From: Candidatus Sigynarchaeum calidifontis | Lineage (GTDB): Archaea > Asgardarchaeota > Lokiarchaeia > Sigyniarchaeales > Sigyniarchaeaceae | Assembly: GCA_030587475.2 (NCBI GenBank) | Contig: JAUQYZ020000261.1 | Coordinates: 1 to 30,096 of the forward strand | Direction of reading: 5' to 3' | DNA length: 30,096 bases | Part shown: positions 17,171 through 25,474 of the stretch, in pieces | How positions within the stretch are numbered: position 1 is the first letter of the stretch | How the letters are laid out: every line of letters starts with the position of its first letter | Notes under the pieces: generated by a model | Seen by the model: only the letters and a program-made list of their open reading frames with translations | Told to the model about the DNA's origin: nothing | Databases searched by the model: none | Program-made: the position numbers and the translations under genes

Positions 17171-18655
17171 TTACCCCTTGGTCACGCCGATGGGAACGAG
17201 TTTAACAACTTTCTTGACGATACCGAGATCATGGCTAACCTGGACGACCTGATCGATCGATTTATAAGCCCCGGGCGCTTCCTCGGCGATGACCGTGTCG
17301 GTCTGTGCCTTGACATAGATTCCCTTCGATTGCAGCTGGTTCGCGATCTCGTTTCCACGGTAATTGCGGATGGCAGCCTCTCGTGACAATGCACGGCCTG
17401 CACCGTGAGCCGTGGAGCCAAATGACAGCTCCATGGCTTTTGGCTGACCGATGCACAGGTAAGAGGCGGTACCCATGGAGCCAGGGATGAGAACGGGCTG
17501 GCCAGTGGCCTGGAACTGCGGGGGAAGCTTTGGGTGCCCAGGCGGGAACGCGCGAGTGGCCCCCTTGCGGTGCACGTTGAGCATCAACTTTTTCCCGTCG
17601 ACGACGTGTTCCTCTTTTTTCAAGATATTGTGGCACACGTCGTAGATGAGATGTAGATCCATATCTTCGGCTTTTTTCTTATAAACATCCGAGAATGATT
17701 TTCGAACCCAGTGCGTTATCATTTGTCGATTCGACCAAGCGAAGTTAGCCGCACAGCACATTGCCTCGAAATAATCTTGTGCTTCAGGTGTGCTCCCGGC
17801 CACGTATGCGAGCTCGCGGTCGGGCAGCGATATGTTGTACTTGCGCACGGCTTGCTCCATGGTTCGCAAGTAATCCGTGCATACTTGATGTCCCAAGCCG
17901 CGGGAACCTGTGTGGATCATGGCCGTGATCTGGCCGACCTCGTTTATGCCAAAGGCTTTCGCGGTTGATGGGTCGAAGATCTCGGCAACGCGCTGGATCT
18001 CGAGAAAGTGGTTGCCGCTGCCCAGGGAACCGATCTGGGACTTGCCGCGGCTTTTTGCCTTCCCCGAGACTTTCGCCGCGTTTCCGGGCATGCATCCATG
18101 TTCCTCGCAGTAGATCGAGTCTTCTTCCCAGCCATATCCTTTCCTGATCGCCCAGTTGACCCCGTTCTCGAGGATGTCGTCGAGATCCTTGGGCGTGATG
18201 GTGCCGATGGTGCCAGACGAACCGACGCCAGACGGCACGTTGTCGAAAAGCGCGTTCAAGAGATCCTTGATCTTCGGGCGTACTTCCGCCTCCTTCAAGT
18301 TCGTGCGCAGTAGGCGAACTCCGCAGTTGATGTCGTATCCAACACCGCCAGGCGAGATGACTCCCTCTTTCTCGAACGTGGCTGCCACGCCGCCAATGGG
18401 GAACCCGTATCCTTGATGCGCGTCGCTGAGGGCTATCGCGAACTTTAAGGTTCCTGGCAAGCACGCCACGTTGGTTAGCTGGTCGAGGGTCTGGTCAGTC
18501 TTGATCTTGGCAAGCAATGCCTCGTTGGCATAGACCCTGGCGGGAACCGTCATCTCGAAAGATTTAACTTGGCCCTCTATTCGGGCCATTTTCTTGGTTT
18601 TTGGTATCTCGTAGATGTTATCTGCGAGCTTGACCAAATTGAACTCGTGTTTCAT
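17171..18655 (-). CDS. rtcB: tRNA-splicing ligase RtcB
   Basis: DAHQGYGFPIGGV, PGGVGYDINCGVRL, GSLGSGNHFLE, HTGSRG, HRKGATRAF, PGSMG, HGAGR and EEAPGAYK. Confidence 0.98.
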   Translation of the reverse strand: MKHEFNLVKLADNIYEIPKTKKMARIEGQVKSFEMTVPARVYANEALLAKIKTDQTLDQLTNVACLPGTLKFAIALSDAHQGYGFPIGGVAATFEKEGVISPGGVGYDINCGVRLLRTNLKEAEVRPKIKDLLNALFDNVPSGVGSSGTIGTITPKDLDDILENGVNWAIRKGYGWEEDSIYCEEHGCMPGNAAKVSGKAKSRGKSQIGSLGSGNHFLEIQRVAEIFDPSTAKAFGINEVGQITAMIHTGSRGLGHQVCTDYLRTMEQAVRKYNISLPDRELAYVAGSTPEAQDYFEAMCCAANFAWSNRQMITHWVRKSFSDVYKKKAEDMDLHLIYDVCHNILKKEEHVVDGKKLMLNVHRKGATRAFPPGHPKLPPQFQATGQPVLIPGSMGTASYLCIGQPKAMELSFGSTAHGAGRALSREAAIRNYRGNEIANQLQSKGIYVKAQTDTVIAEEAPGAYKSIDQVVQVSHDLGIVKKVVKLVPIGVTKG

Positions 18656-18856
18656 GGTTCCTTTGTCACCACCACGGACTCGGTGGTTTTTTTTATGCAT
18701 GAAACTACTACGGCAATGTTTTTCTGGTTTATGTCTTGGAAAAAAAAGGCAAGGCGACTTCGATTGCTGGTGCGCGGCAAATTATTATTCATTGCGAAGC
18801 GTAATACCACATAGCCCCGCGTGAAAAACACCACGCGAAACCCACCGGTGGCCGAT

Positions 18857-19468
18857 ATGGACGCACTCTACCTCATTCACGCGCACTCTGGCAATTGCAT
18901 CATCTTCCGGAAATATGGTAACCTTGAATTCAACGAGGACTTGATTGCTGGTTTTTTGACGGCTCTAAAAGACTTCAGCTCCGAGGTGACTGGTGGAAAA
19001 GGGCGCATGAAGAATTTGGATATGGGCGAATACACGATCTTGTTACTCAACGAATCGGGGTTGCTCATCGCCGCCGCGATCAACAAGCGACGCGATGATG
19101 AGAGCATCGCATACAAGGCACTCAGGGAACTGCTCGAGGCGTTTTTGAAGGATTACAAGGACGTCCTTGTCAACTGGAACGGCAACCTCAAAATTTTCAA
19201 GGATTTCGAGCCAAAAATCGACAAGATACTCAAGAATGGCAAGGTTGCCGAGAAAGAGGTATTCGCGGCCGTCTTGAAAAAGAAACTCCCCAAGCAACTC
19301 GTCGAGATGGGTGCGCTGACCAAGGAAGAATTCGAATTCGCCAATTACCTGAACGGCACCGACCCGTCGGATGTCCTCGCCGAGAAACACGGCATCCCGA
19401 AAGAAAAAGTGGATGTTATGCTCGACAAGTTCAAGAGCCTTGGCCTCATCAAGCTCAACAAGCTATAG
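18857..19468 (+). CDS. Longin-domain protein with C-terminal winged helix
   Basis: Asgard-type longin pattern LYLIH..SG.CI, EDLIAGFLTALKDFSSEV, F...Y...L.NWNGNLKIFKDF. C-terminal EFANYLNGT...LAEKHGIPKEKVDVMLDKFKSLGLIK is wHTH-like. Confidence 0.75.
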   Translation: MDALYLIHAHSGNCIIFRKYGNLEFNEDLIAGFLTALKDFSSEVTGGKGRMKNLDMGEYTILLLNESGLLIAAAINKRRDDESIAYKALRELLEAFLKDYKDVLVNWNGNLKIFKDFEPKIDKILKNGKVAEKEVFAAVLKKKLPKQLVEMGALTKEEFEFANYLNGTDPSDVLAEKHGIPKEKVDVMLDKFKSLGLIKLNKL

Positions 19469-19502
19469 CGGTTATAGCCCCCGCTCCCGTGACTTGCAAA
19501 AG

Positions 19503-19961
19503 TTAAATGTCGAAGATGACATTTAACTGGTACAGCCCGTCCTTGCTATTTTTCTCGATTGTCATGTAGGAGTAGGTGATGGCCTTCACCTCCCTGCCCG
19601 GGACATGGTGTCCCTTCTTGAAGGTCTCGCCCTTGAACGTGCTCGTGACGCGATATGTTCCCCCGGGGAGTGCTTCGACCGACTTCACGTCCACGTCGCC
19701 GAGCACGAATAGCTCCGAGTCTGAATAAAAAAGCAGCTCGGTCAACCAGTCGAACAATGCAGCTTTCAAGTCTTCGGCTTCCGTGACAACATCGATTTCC
19801 CTTTCCAAGGCGATCGCGGGCTCGGGTACCATGACGCGCGCGAGCACGAGGGCCGCCTCCCGGAACAATTCTTCAAGCGATGGCGCCCACGCAACGACTT
19901 GAATATCCGCGGGATGACTCAAAAACTTGTGCCCGGTCGTTTTTTCTTGATCTTTCATCAT
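19503..19961 (-). CDS. Archease (RtcB cofactor)
   Basis: FLSHPADI, LEELFREAA, DWLTELLF, EVKAITY and C-terminal FDI. Confidence 0.93.
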   Translation of the reverse strand: MMKDQEKTTGHKFLSHPADIQVVAWAPSLEELFREAALVLARVMVPEPAIALEREIDVVTEAEDLKAALFDWLTELLFYSDSELFVLGDVDVKSVEALPGGTYRVTSTFKGETFKKGHHVPGREVKAITYSYMTIEKNSKDGLYQLNVIFDI

Positions 19962-20038
19962 GTATGAAATATCCCCTGAGCCTTTTGGAAACCGCAACAT
20001 GTTAATCGGTGATAAAAAAATCGGAAAAATTGGTTGTT

Positions 20039-20668
20039 CTAAACCTTCATCTTCTCGCATAAATCATTGAATTGCTTGTTGAATTTCTCCAATTCCTTGT
20101 TGTACTCGTCACGCCGACGGATGATGTCAGCCTTGGCTTGATCAAACGACCTGCCAGCCGCGTTCTTGTTCTCTTCCATGGCACCCTTCTTGTCGCTGAG
20201 CTTGTCCTTTTTCTCGAAGAGAACCTGGTCGGCCTTGATGAACTTGTGGAGCCAATCGCCCATTAACTCGTATCCTTGGCCAATTGCAATAAGTTTCTCG
20301 ATCACATTCTTTGCTTGAAACGTGGACGTTTTGATGGCTTCCGACAAGGCGACGTAATACTTGATGTCCTCGTCGAAGTTCGCGGCTTCTTTTTTATAAA
20401 GATCCACTTCTGATTTGTCGATCTTGGACTTGTCGACACCCATATTCTCTCCCTTGACCAACGCGATATCCTCGATCTTCTTTGCAAGCTCCTCTAGAAA
20501 ACGCTTTGCTTCTCCCTTGATCCTGATGAGCGCGTCATATTCCTTGGCCATATTCTCCCGTATATCTGCGAGTCTTTTTTCCGCGTTGGCAATCTGCTTG
20601 TAGAACTTGCCGACCTCCCCTTCCGCCTTCGCGAAGGCAAGCAGGTCGGCGTGCGAATCGATCGGCAT
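20039..20668 (-). CDS. All-alpha coiled-coil protein (209 aa), possible BAR-like domain
   Basis: No Pro after residue 2, long heptad-patterned helices and no TM segment. The C-terminus resembles helix 3 of Vps5/SNX-BAR. The CDS is well supported; the fold call is tentative. Confidence 0.6.
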   Translation of the reverse strand: MPIDSHADLLAFAKAEGEVGKFYKQIANAEKRLADIRENMAKEYDALIRIKGEAKRFLEELAKKIEDIALVKGENMGVDKSKIDKSEVDLYKKEAANFDEDIKYYVALSEAIKTSTFQAKNVIEKLIAIGQGYELMGDWLHKFIKADQVLFEKKDKLSDKKGAMEENKNAAGRSFDQAKADIIRRRDEYNKELEKFNKQFNDLCEKMKV

Positions 20669-20795
20669 GGGTTATTCCTCGATGTGTGTGATCGGTGGAT
20701 GTGATGTTTCATGCAATGATCGGTATAATTCAAGATAAAAGTAATGGTGATAGTCCGAGAGGGGCTATCAAGATCAGGAAAAAAAGAATAAAGGT

Positions 20796-21239
20796 CTACT
20801 GGCTTTCTGATATGGATCGGAAAATGCTGGCGAGCTCGTGATCCCTATATTCTTCTTTGATGGAAACTTGAGCTTTCTTGTAGGCCTTGTCGATCCCGTC
20901 GGCGAATTTTTTCAAATACATTCGGCTGATACCCATCTGGACAGAAGCATCGGACACCGCAGAAAGGATCACGTCATCGCCCATGATCGTGAAGAGTTTT
21001 TCGCCCGTGGCGAATTCGAAGATGCTCGAATCGAGAGGCTTCTCGCTCGCTTGAGATAATTGGTAAAGGGTGCTCGATAAAGCCGCGACGTTCTCGATGT
21101 TCTCTTTCCGGGCGAATTTTGAAGCCGCCGCGATGACGTCGCCAGATTTTTTGCTAGACACGATCATCTGGTTGATGCCGATGATCTTTGTCATTACCGT
21201 CTTGAGATGTTTCTCGATCAAGTCTTGCATGTCTGCCAT
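20796..21239 (-). CDS. Roadblock/LC7 (MglB/LAMTOR-like) domain protein
   Basis: Alpha-beta-beta-alpha-beta-beta-beta-alpha pattern: GINQMIVSSKKSGDVIA, VAALSSTL, SIFEFATGEKLFTIMGDDVILSAV, QMGISRMYLKK. Confidence 0.8.
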   Translation of the reverse strand: MADMQDLIEKHLKTVMTKIIGINQMIVSSKKSGDVIAAASKFARKENIENVAALSSTLYQLSQASEKPLDSSIFEFATGEKLFTIMGDDVILSAVSDASVQMGISRMYLKKFADGIDKAYKKAQVSIKEEYRDHELASIFRSISESQ

Positions 21240-21390
21240 GCGATTCATCTTGGAATGATGTTCTTGCTTGGCAGATGTGGCGGATGCGGGGTGTAAAGAA
21301 ACGGCATATGATCCTCGGATGCCCGGTGGGATACCTCGAAATAAAGGTAGTCTCGAACGATAATAAATAGAAAATAGGGGGAGGGCAATG

Positions 21391-21816
21391 TCATTCAGAG
21401 CGTCGTTTCGCCAACAAGCTCTTCAACTCGTCCATTATACTAGCCTTGAGCGACATCGGCCCGCCAGCACCTGGCGGTCGTGCAGCGGGTGGTGGCGGTG
21501 GCCCGCCTGGCGGTGGCGGCGGCCCCATTCCTGGCGGCATAGGCATTCCAGGATTGTTTATGCCGGGGGGCATCGGGGCCCCGCCTATGCCCGGCGGTAG
21601 TGGGGCGCCGGCCATGCCACCCCCGCCTGAGTTCAGCCGGGCGTTGATGGCATCGATCTGTTGTTGCAGCGCCTGAACCTGTGCGTTGATGATGGTCGGT
21701 AACTTGTCTGACACTATCGCCGAGAGTACTTCCATGGTCTCCATGATGCGCTGCAATTTCTCATCGAGCGAGCTGGTTTTTTTAGCGCCCAAGAAATCTA
21801 GGAATTCTGAGGACAT
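21391..21816 (-). CDS. Coiled-coil/polyproline protein with C-terminal VASP-FAB/WH2-like helix
   Basis: N-terminal heptads (LQRIMETMEVL...VQALQQQIDAINARL), Pro/Gly linker with GPPPPPGGPPPPP, and C-terminal SIMDELKSLLAKRRSE. Confidence 0.75.
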   Translation of the reverse strand: MSSEFLDFLGAKKTSSLDEKLQRIMETMEVLSAIVSDKLPTIINAQVQALQQQIDAINARLNSGGGGMAGAPLPPGIGGAPMPPGINNPGMPMPPGMGPPPPPGGPPPPPAARPPGAGGPMSLKASIMDELKSLLAKRRSE

Positions 21817-22069
21817 CAGTGAATCTCTCTTTGTTTTTGTTTGCTAAGGCGATTCTTGGACTCCGTTGGACTTAGAATGCTAACAACCGAAGATTCTTGT
21901 TAATTCAAATGTCCAATCCGTAATTACATTATTTTTATGACTTAAAATAGCCTTCGAGCGCGCTGCGATAGGCGATGCCCTCCATTCCTACTGCATCGTA
22001 CAGAAATTCAAGGCACTAGAGAAAGTTATTATTGCCGATCGCCTCGGATCCAGTGGGCACTGGTTTATC

Positions 22070-23389
22070 ATGGTACGTCCAAATACCCCGGAAGGGCTTT
22101 GCCTCCGCTGCAAGGGGTCGAGAAACCTCTGCGGGAAGAACCCTTGCCCCATACTCGCAAAGCACGCCGTGCTGAGGTCTGTCAATTTCTCGGCCGAACT
22201 TATCAGGAAACGCGGGGGCAACCTCGACATCGCGTCAGCTTCCCCGCCATCCTTCTTTGTCGGCCACAACGGGTACCCGCGGGTTTCGATAGGACCGATG
22301 CTGCCTCATTCCCTCGATAGTCCCCTCGAGGTTCATTCATTGGACGCACCTGAAGAATGGCTCGTGCCTGGTTCGCCTGCTTATACACACAAGAAGCTTA
22401 TGGACGTCGTCCAGTTCCGCAGCTCGCTCATCCGGACCACGCACCCCATACATGTCAAGGACCGGAACAGCGATAAAATACTTGGCTTGAGCCAGCAGAT
22501 TGCTATGGCCGAGAAGCCTGTCAGCACAGAAGTTGCAGTTGAGAAACTGCACGTGAACATCCAAGTCGACGACCATGCTGCCCCTAATGGCCCATCCGGC
22601 TCGCTCCAGAAACTTGCCATCACGGAGAACCCCAAGGTGCATAAAAAAGTCGATTACGTGGTTTCCGACACGGATCTCAAGGCTAGCGAGGCGATCACCA
22701 AATATCTCTACGCGGATGGCCATCTCCCAGTTTCGGACATCTACCGCATCCTTTCCGCGGGCTTGCTTGGCCTCGGGAACAACAGGCGGCTCGTACCAAC
22801 GCGATGGGCCATAACCGCCACGGATGACACGGTATCCAAGAGCTTGATCGATCGCGTCAAGTTCTTCCCTGAAATCGGCGAACATCTCTTGCACGAGAGC
22901 AATTACCTCGGCAACTCGTTCCACATCATATTCATACCGCGGCCATGGGTTTACGAGATGATGGAATGCTGGGCACCGCATTCTATCTGGCGACTTTTCG
23001 ACCGGGACAAGAACTATGTTATCGTGCAAGATCACGAGCTCTCCGACGGCCGCACCACGTATGCGTCGAACATCACCGGGGCTTATTATTCGGCTCGCCT
23101 CGCCGTTGCGGAATATCTAACCAGAATCAAGCGTCAAGCAGCGGTCATCGTCATCCGCGAGGTGAATGAGCAGTATCTCATGCCCCTCGGCGTCTGGGTC
23201 ATCCGTCAGGCGGTTCGCGACGCGCTGGCACGTCCGCCGCGCAATTTCTCGAGTCTCAAGGAAGTGCTCGCAGCGATCGCGCCCAATCTACAAGTTCCCC
23301 TCCGGTACTGGCTCACAAGGAGCCAGCTCTTGCCATATATCCGCTCCCAGCGGACGCTGGAATCGTTTCTCCCCCACATGAAGACCTGA
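22070..23389 (+). CDS. nreA: Nre family PCNA-interacting DNA repair protein
   Basis: N-terminal CLRCKG..LCG..CP, SPPSFFVG..GYP.V..GP, RRLVPTRWAITATDD, YYSARLAV.EYL, PLGVW and C-terminal PIP QRTLESF. Confidence 0.93.
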   Translation: MVRPNTPEGLCLRCKGSRNLCGKNPCPILAKHAVLRSVNFSAELIRKRGGNLDIASASPPSFFVGHNGYPRVSIGPMLPHSLDSPLEVHSLDAPEEWLVPGSPAYTHKKLMDVVQFRSSLIRTTHPIHVKDRNSDKILGLSQQIAMAEKPVSTEVAVEKLHVNIQVDDHAAPNGPSGSLQKLAITENPKVHKKVDYVVSDTDLKASEAITKYLYADGHLPVSDIYRILSAGLLGLGNNRRLVPTRWAITATDDTVSKSLIDRVKFFPEIGEHLLHESNYLGNSFHIIFIPRPWVYEMMECWAPHSIWRLFDRDKNYVIVQDHELSDGRTTYASNITGAYYSARLAVAEYLTRIKRQAAVIVIREVNEQYLMPLGVWVIRQAVRDALARPPRNFSSLKEVLAAIAPNLQVPLRYWLTRSQLLPYIRSQRTLESFLPHMKT

Positions 23390-23448
23390 TCAGCCCCGGC
23401 ACGTTAATAGCAATTTTTTTAGATTACCAAGCTGATCCACGATCCATC

Positions 23449-24249
23449 ATGGAGCACTATCTCTCCACCATCATCGCTGCCAAGGGCGCGGATCTATCCG
23501 CCAAAAAGCCCGTCCACAACCGTTTCGTCCGTTATTCCAAGGGAACGTTCGACGGGCCGACAGCGAAGATTTCCCGCAAGGGAAAGAGCATCACGGTCAA
23601 GGCCGGGATCGATTACGAGAACATCCTCGGTTTCCTGGTGCTATCAAACATCAAGTCAGATAAAATTAGCGTCGAGGGGAACATCACGGCATTCGAGGAT
23701 CCGAGGCCCGTGATAGGCAGCGTGATACCCGCCGCGAGGGACGGCCAGGTTATGATGGACGAGAAGAAGAACAACTGGATCCTGGACTTTACCGGCGATT
23801 GGGCAAAGGCCGAGTTAACCAAGATCTACGACGCGTTCGACCAGAGACGCGGGTACATCCTCCTCTCCTTATCGGACGCCGCGGACAGCTCGATTTCCTT
23901 CAAGATCAGCTCCAAGCCGCCTCGGCCGAAAAAAGATAGTGGAAAAGGCGATGCCGAGGAGGCGAGCGAGGCAGACAAGATTGCCAAGGCGGTCAAGTTC
24001 AGCACCGCCAAGTTCCCGAACGAGCCCGGTACCACGAACGCCATCATCGACGCGCTACTCCCCGACGTAAAGAAAGAAGCGGCCAATTTCAAGGAAATCA
24101 CCATTGAGAACGCCTATATGATAAGTGACATCGTGATCCCGGCCAACGCTGTCGACAAGCGGCTCGCAGCGGTTCGCAAAGGCGTGTTAACGCGCAAGAT
24201 CACGATCGATGCCACGGTTAAGAGCTTCCAGTATCCGTTTATCGTTTGA
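23449..24249 (+). CDS. Hypothetical protein (266 aa)
   Basis: Long ORF with the local codon bias, containing VHNRFVRYSKGTF near the N-terminus and AVRKGVLTRKITID near the C-terminus; function not recognised. Confidence 0.8.
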   Translation: MEHYLSTIIAAKGADLSAKKPVHNRFVRYSKGTFDGPTAKISRKGKSITVKAGIDYENILGFLVLSNIKSDKISVEGNITAFEDPRPVIGSVIPAARDGQVMMDEKKNNWILDFTGDWAKAELTKIYDAFDQRRGYILLSLSDAADSSISFKISSKPPRPKKDSGKGDAEEASEADKIAKAVKFSTAKFPNEPGTTNAIIDALLPDVKKEAANFKEITIENAYMISDIVIPANAVDKRLAAVRKGVLTRKITIDATVKSFQYPFIV

Positions 24250-24264
24250 GCAGCGTTCACGGTG

Positions 24265-24666
24265 TCAGGCCTTCTTGCTAGCCCGCATCGTGCCGCCGCA
24301 TTTCTTGCAAAGCAGCTGGTGGGGTTTTAAATCCCCGGAAACGTGTAGCTCCTTCTTGAATTTACATGCCGGGCACGAGAGAACGTATTTTTCCAAGCCC
24401 ATCGCCTTCAGGATCACTCCCCGCGGGATCGCCGGGCTCCCTTCTGCCACTCCCGCCTGCTCTCCTTCATTTTGGGGTGGGCTTTCGATCTCCCCGGCGC
24501 CTTCTGCATTTACCGGGGCGGATTTCGCGATTTTCTTGGACGGTGCCTTCTTGGACAGCTTCTCTGGTTTCGTGTCTCCCGCGGCAAATGTTTTCTTGGC
24601 TGGCTTTTCAGGTCCCTTTTCGCCATCGTTCTTTTTGTCAGTCTTCACGAACTTGTCAAGGCTCAT
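24265..24666 (-). CDS. Low-complexity protein with C-terminal Cys4 zinc ribbon
   Basis: K/E/P/A-rich linker followed by CPAC-x17-CKKC. ATG 24666 (MSLDKF) taken as start. Confidence 0.72.
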   Translation of the reverse strand: MSLDKFVKTDKKNDGEKGPEKPAKKTFAAGDTKPEKLSKKAPSKKIAKSAPVNAEGAGEIESPPQNEGEQAGVAEGSPAIPRGVILKAMGLEKYVLSCPACKFKKELHVSGDLKPHQLLCKKCGGTMRASKKA

Positions 24667-24694
24667 GCGTTTCTCATTCCTCCTCGATAATGCA

Positions 24695-25474
24695 TCATGC
24701 GACAACGTAACCTAACTCCTGGCAGCGTATTGCGACTGGGATGTCATATTTTTTCACGTTAGCGGCGATGATCCGTAGCTTATCGGCCACGACCGTTTCG
24801 TAGGATTTCCTGTTCGTTTTCCGGACGCCGTCGCTTGGTAAATACTGCTGGATCACGTAATAGCTTCCAAATTTTCCTGAAAATCCCGCGTGCTTGAGAT
24901 GATCTGCGATCGCCATGATGTCATCGATTGAATTCGCAGGCGGAGCATACGTGAAACGGAATTCTACCCTCCCTATCTTGCGGGATCGTTCGCACAGGAT
25001 ATCAATGCTTTCACGCACGTTATCGACGTTCACGTTCCTACGAACGACCTTCGGATAGTTTTCCATCGCGGTTTTTACGTCCATGGCGACGCGATCCAAG
25101 AGGGGGGACACCTGCGCGAGCAGCACCGGGTTGGTGCCGTTCGTGTCGACGGCGACGAACGGGATCTTTGCCTTGACGGCTTTTACGAAATCGATGATGT
25201 TTGGTTGGAGCAAGGGTTCGCCGCCCGTGAACACGACGCCGTCGATCAAGAAGTTGCCTGCAAGGTTTTCGAGCAACTGGTCCACCGTAATTTTTTTCGA
25301 TTCTTTCGTGAACATGGGGATGAGCGCCGAGTTGTGGCAGAACCCGCAGTCGAGATTGCAACCTTGCAAGTAGATTATGGCGACCGCCTTCCCGGGCTCG
25401 TCCACGAGGCTCTGCGACTTCATCCCAGCGATGTAAAGTCCTTTATCTTCCACCATTTGTAGTATTCGCCTCAT
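24695..25474 (-). CDS. nrdG: Radical SAM glycyl-radical activase, NrdG-like
   Basis: SLVDEPG, GCNLDCGFCHN (CxxxCxxC), GVVFTGGEPLL, VDTNGT, AMDVK and VEFR.T. Confidence 0.8.
   Translation of the reverse strand: MRRILQMVEDKGLYIAGMKSQSLVDEPGKAVAIIYLQGCNLDCGFCHNSALIPMFTKESKKITVDQLLENLAGNFLIDGVVFTGGEPLLQPNIIDFVKAVKAKIPFVAVDTNGTNPVLLAQVSPLLDRVAMDVKTAMENYPKVVRRNVNVDNVRESIDILCERSRKIGRVEFRFTYAPPANSIDDIMAIADHLKHAGFSGKFGSYYVIQQYLPSDGVRKTNRKSYETVVADKLRIIAANVKKYDIPVAIRCQELGYVVA

Noticed and set aside
10859-18655. Inteins in DP2 or RtcB
   Set aside because: Both proteins have normal length and continuous motifs; no intein splice-junction or LAGLIDADG blocks seen.
20796-21239. Profilin next to the polyproline protein
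   Set aside because: The secondary-structure pattern and the xGxxRxxLKK final helix fit roadblock/LC7 better than profilin; a structure search should confirm.
21480-21625. GGC/GGT-rich tandem DNA repeat
   Set aside because: Fully explained by Pro/Gly codons of the minus-strand polyproline protein.
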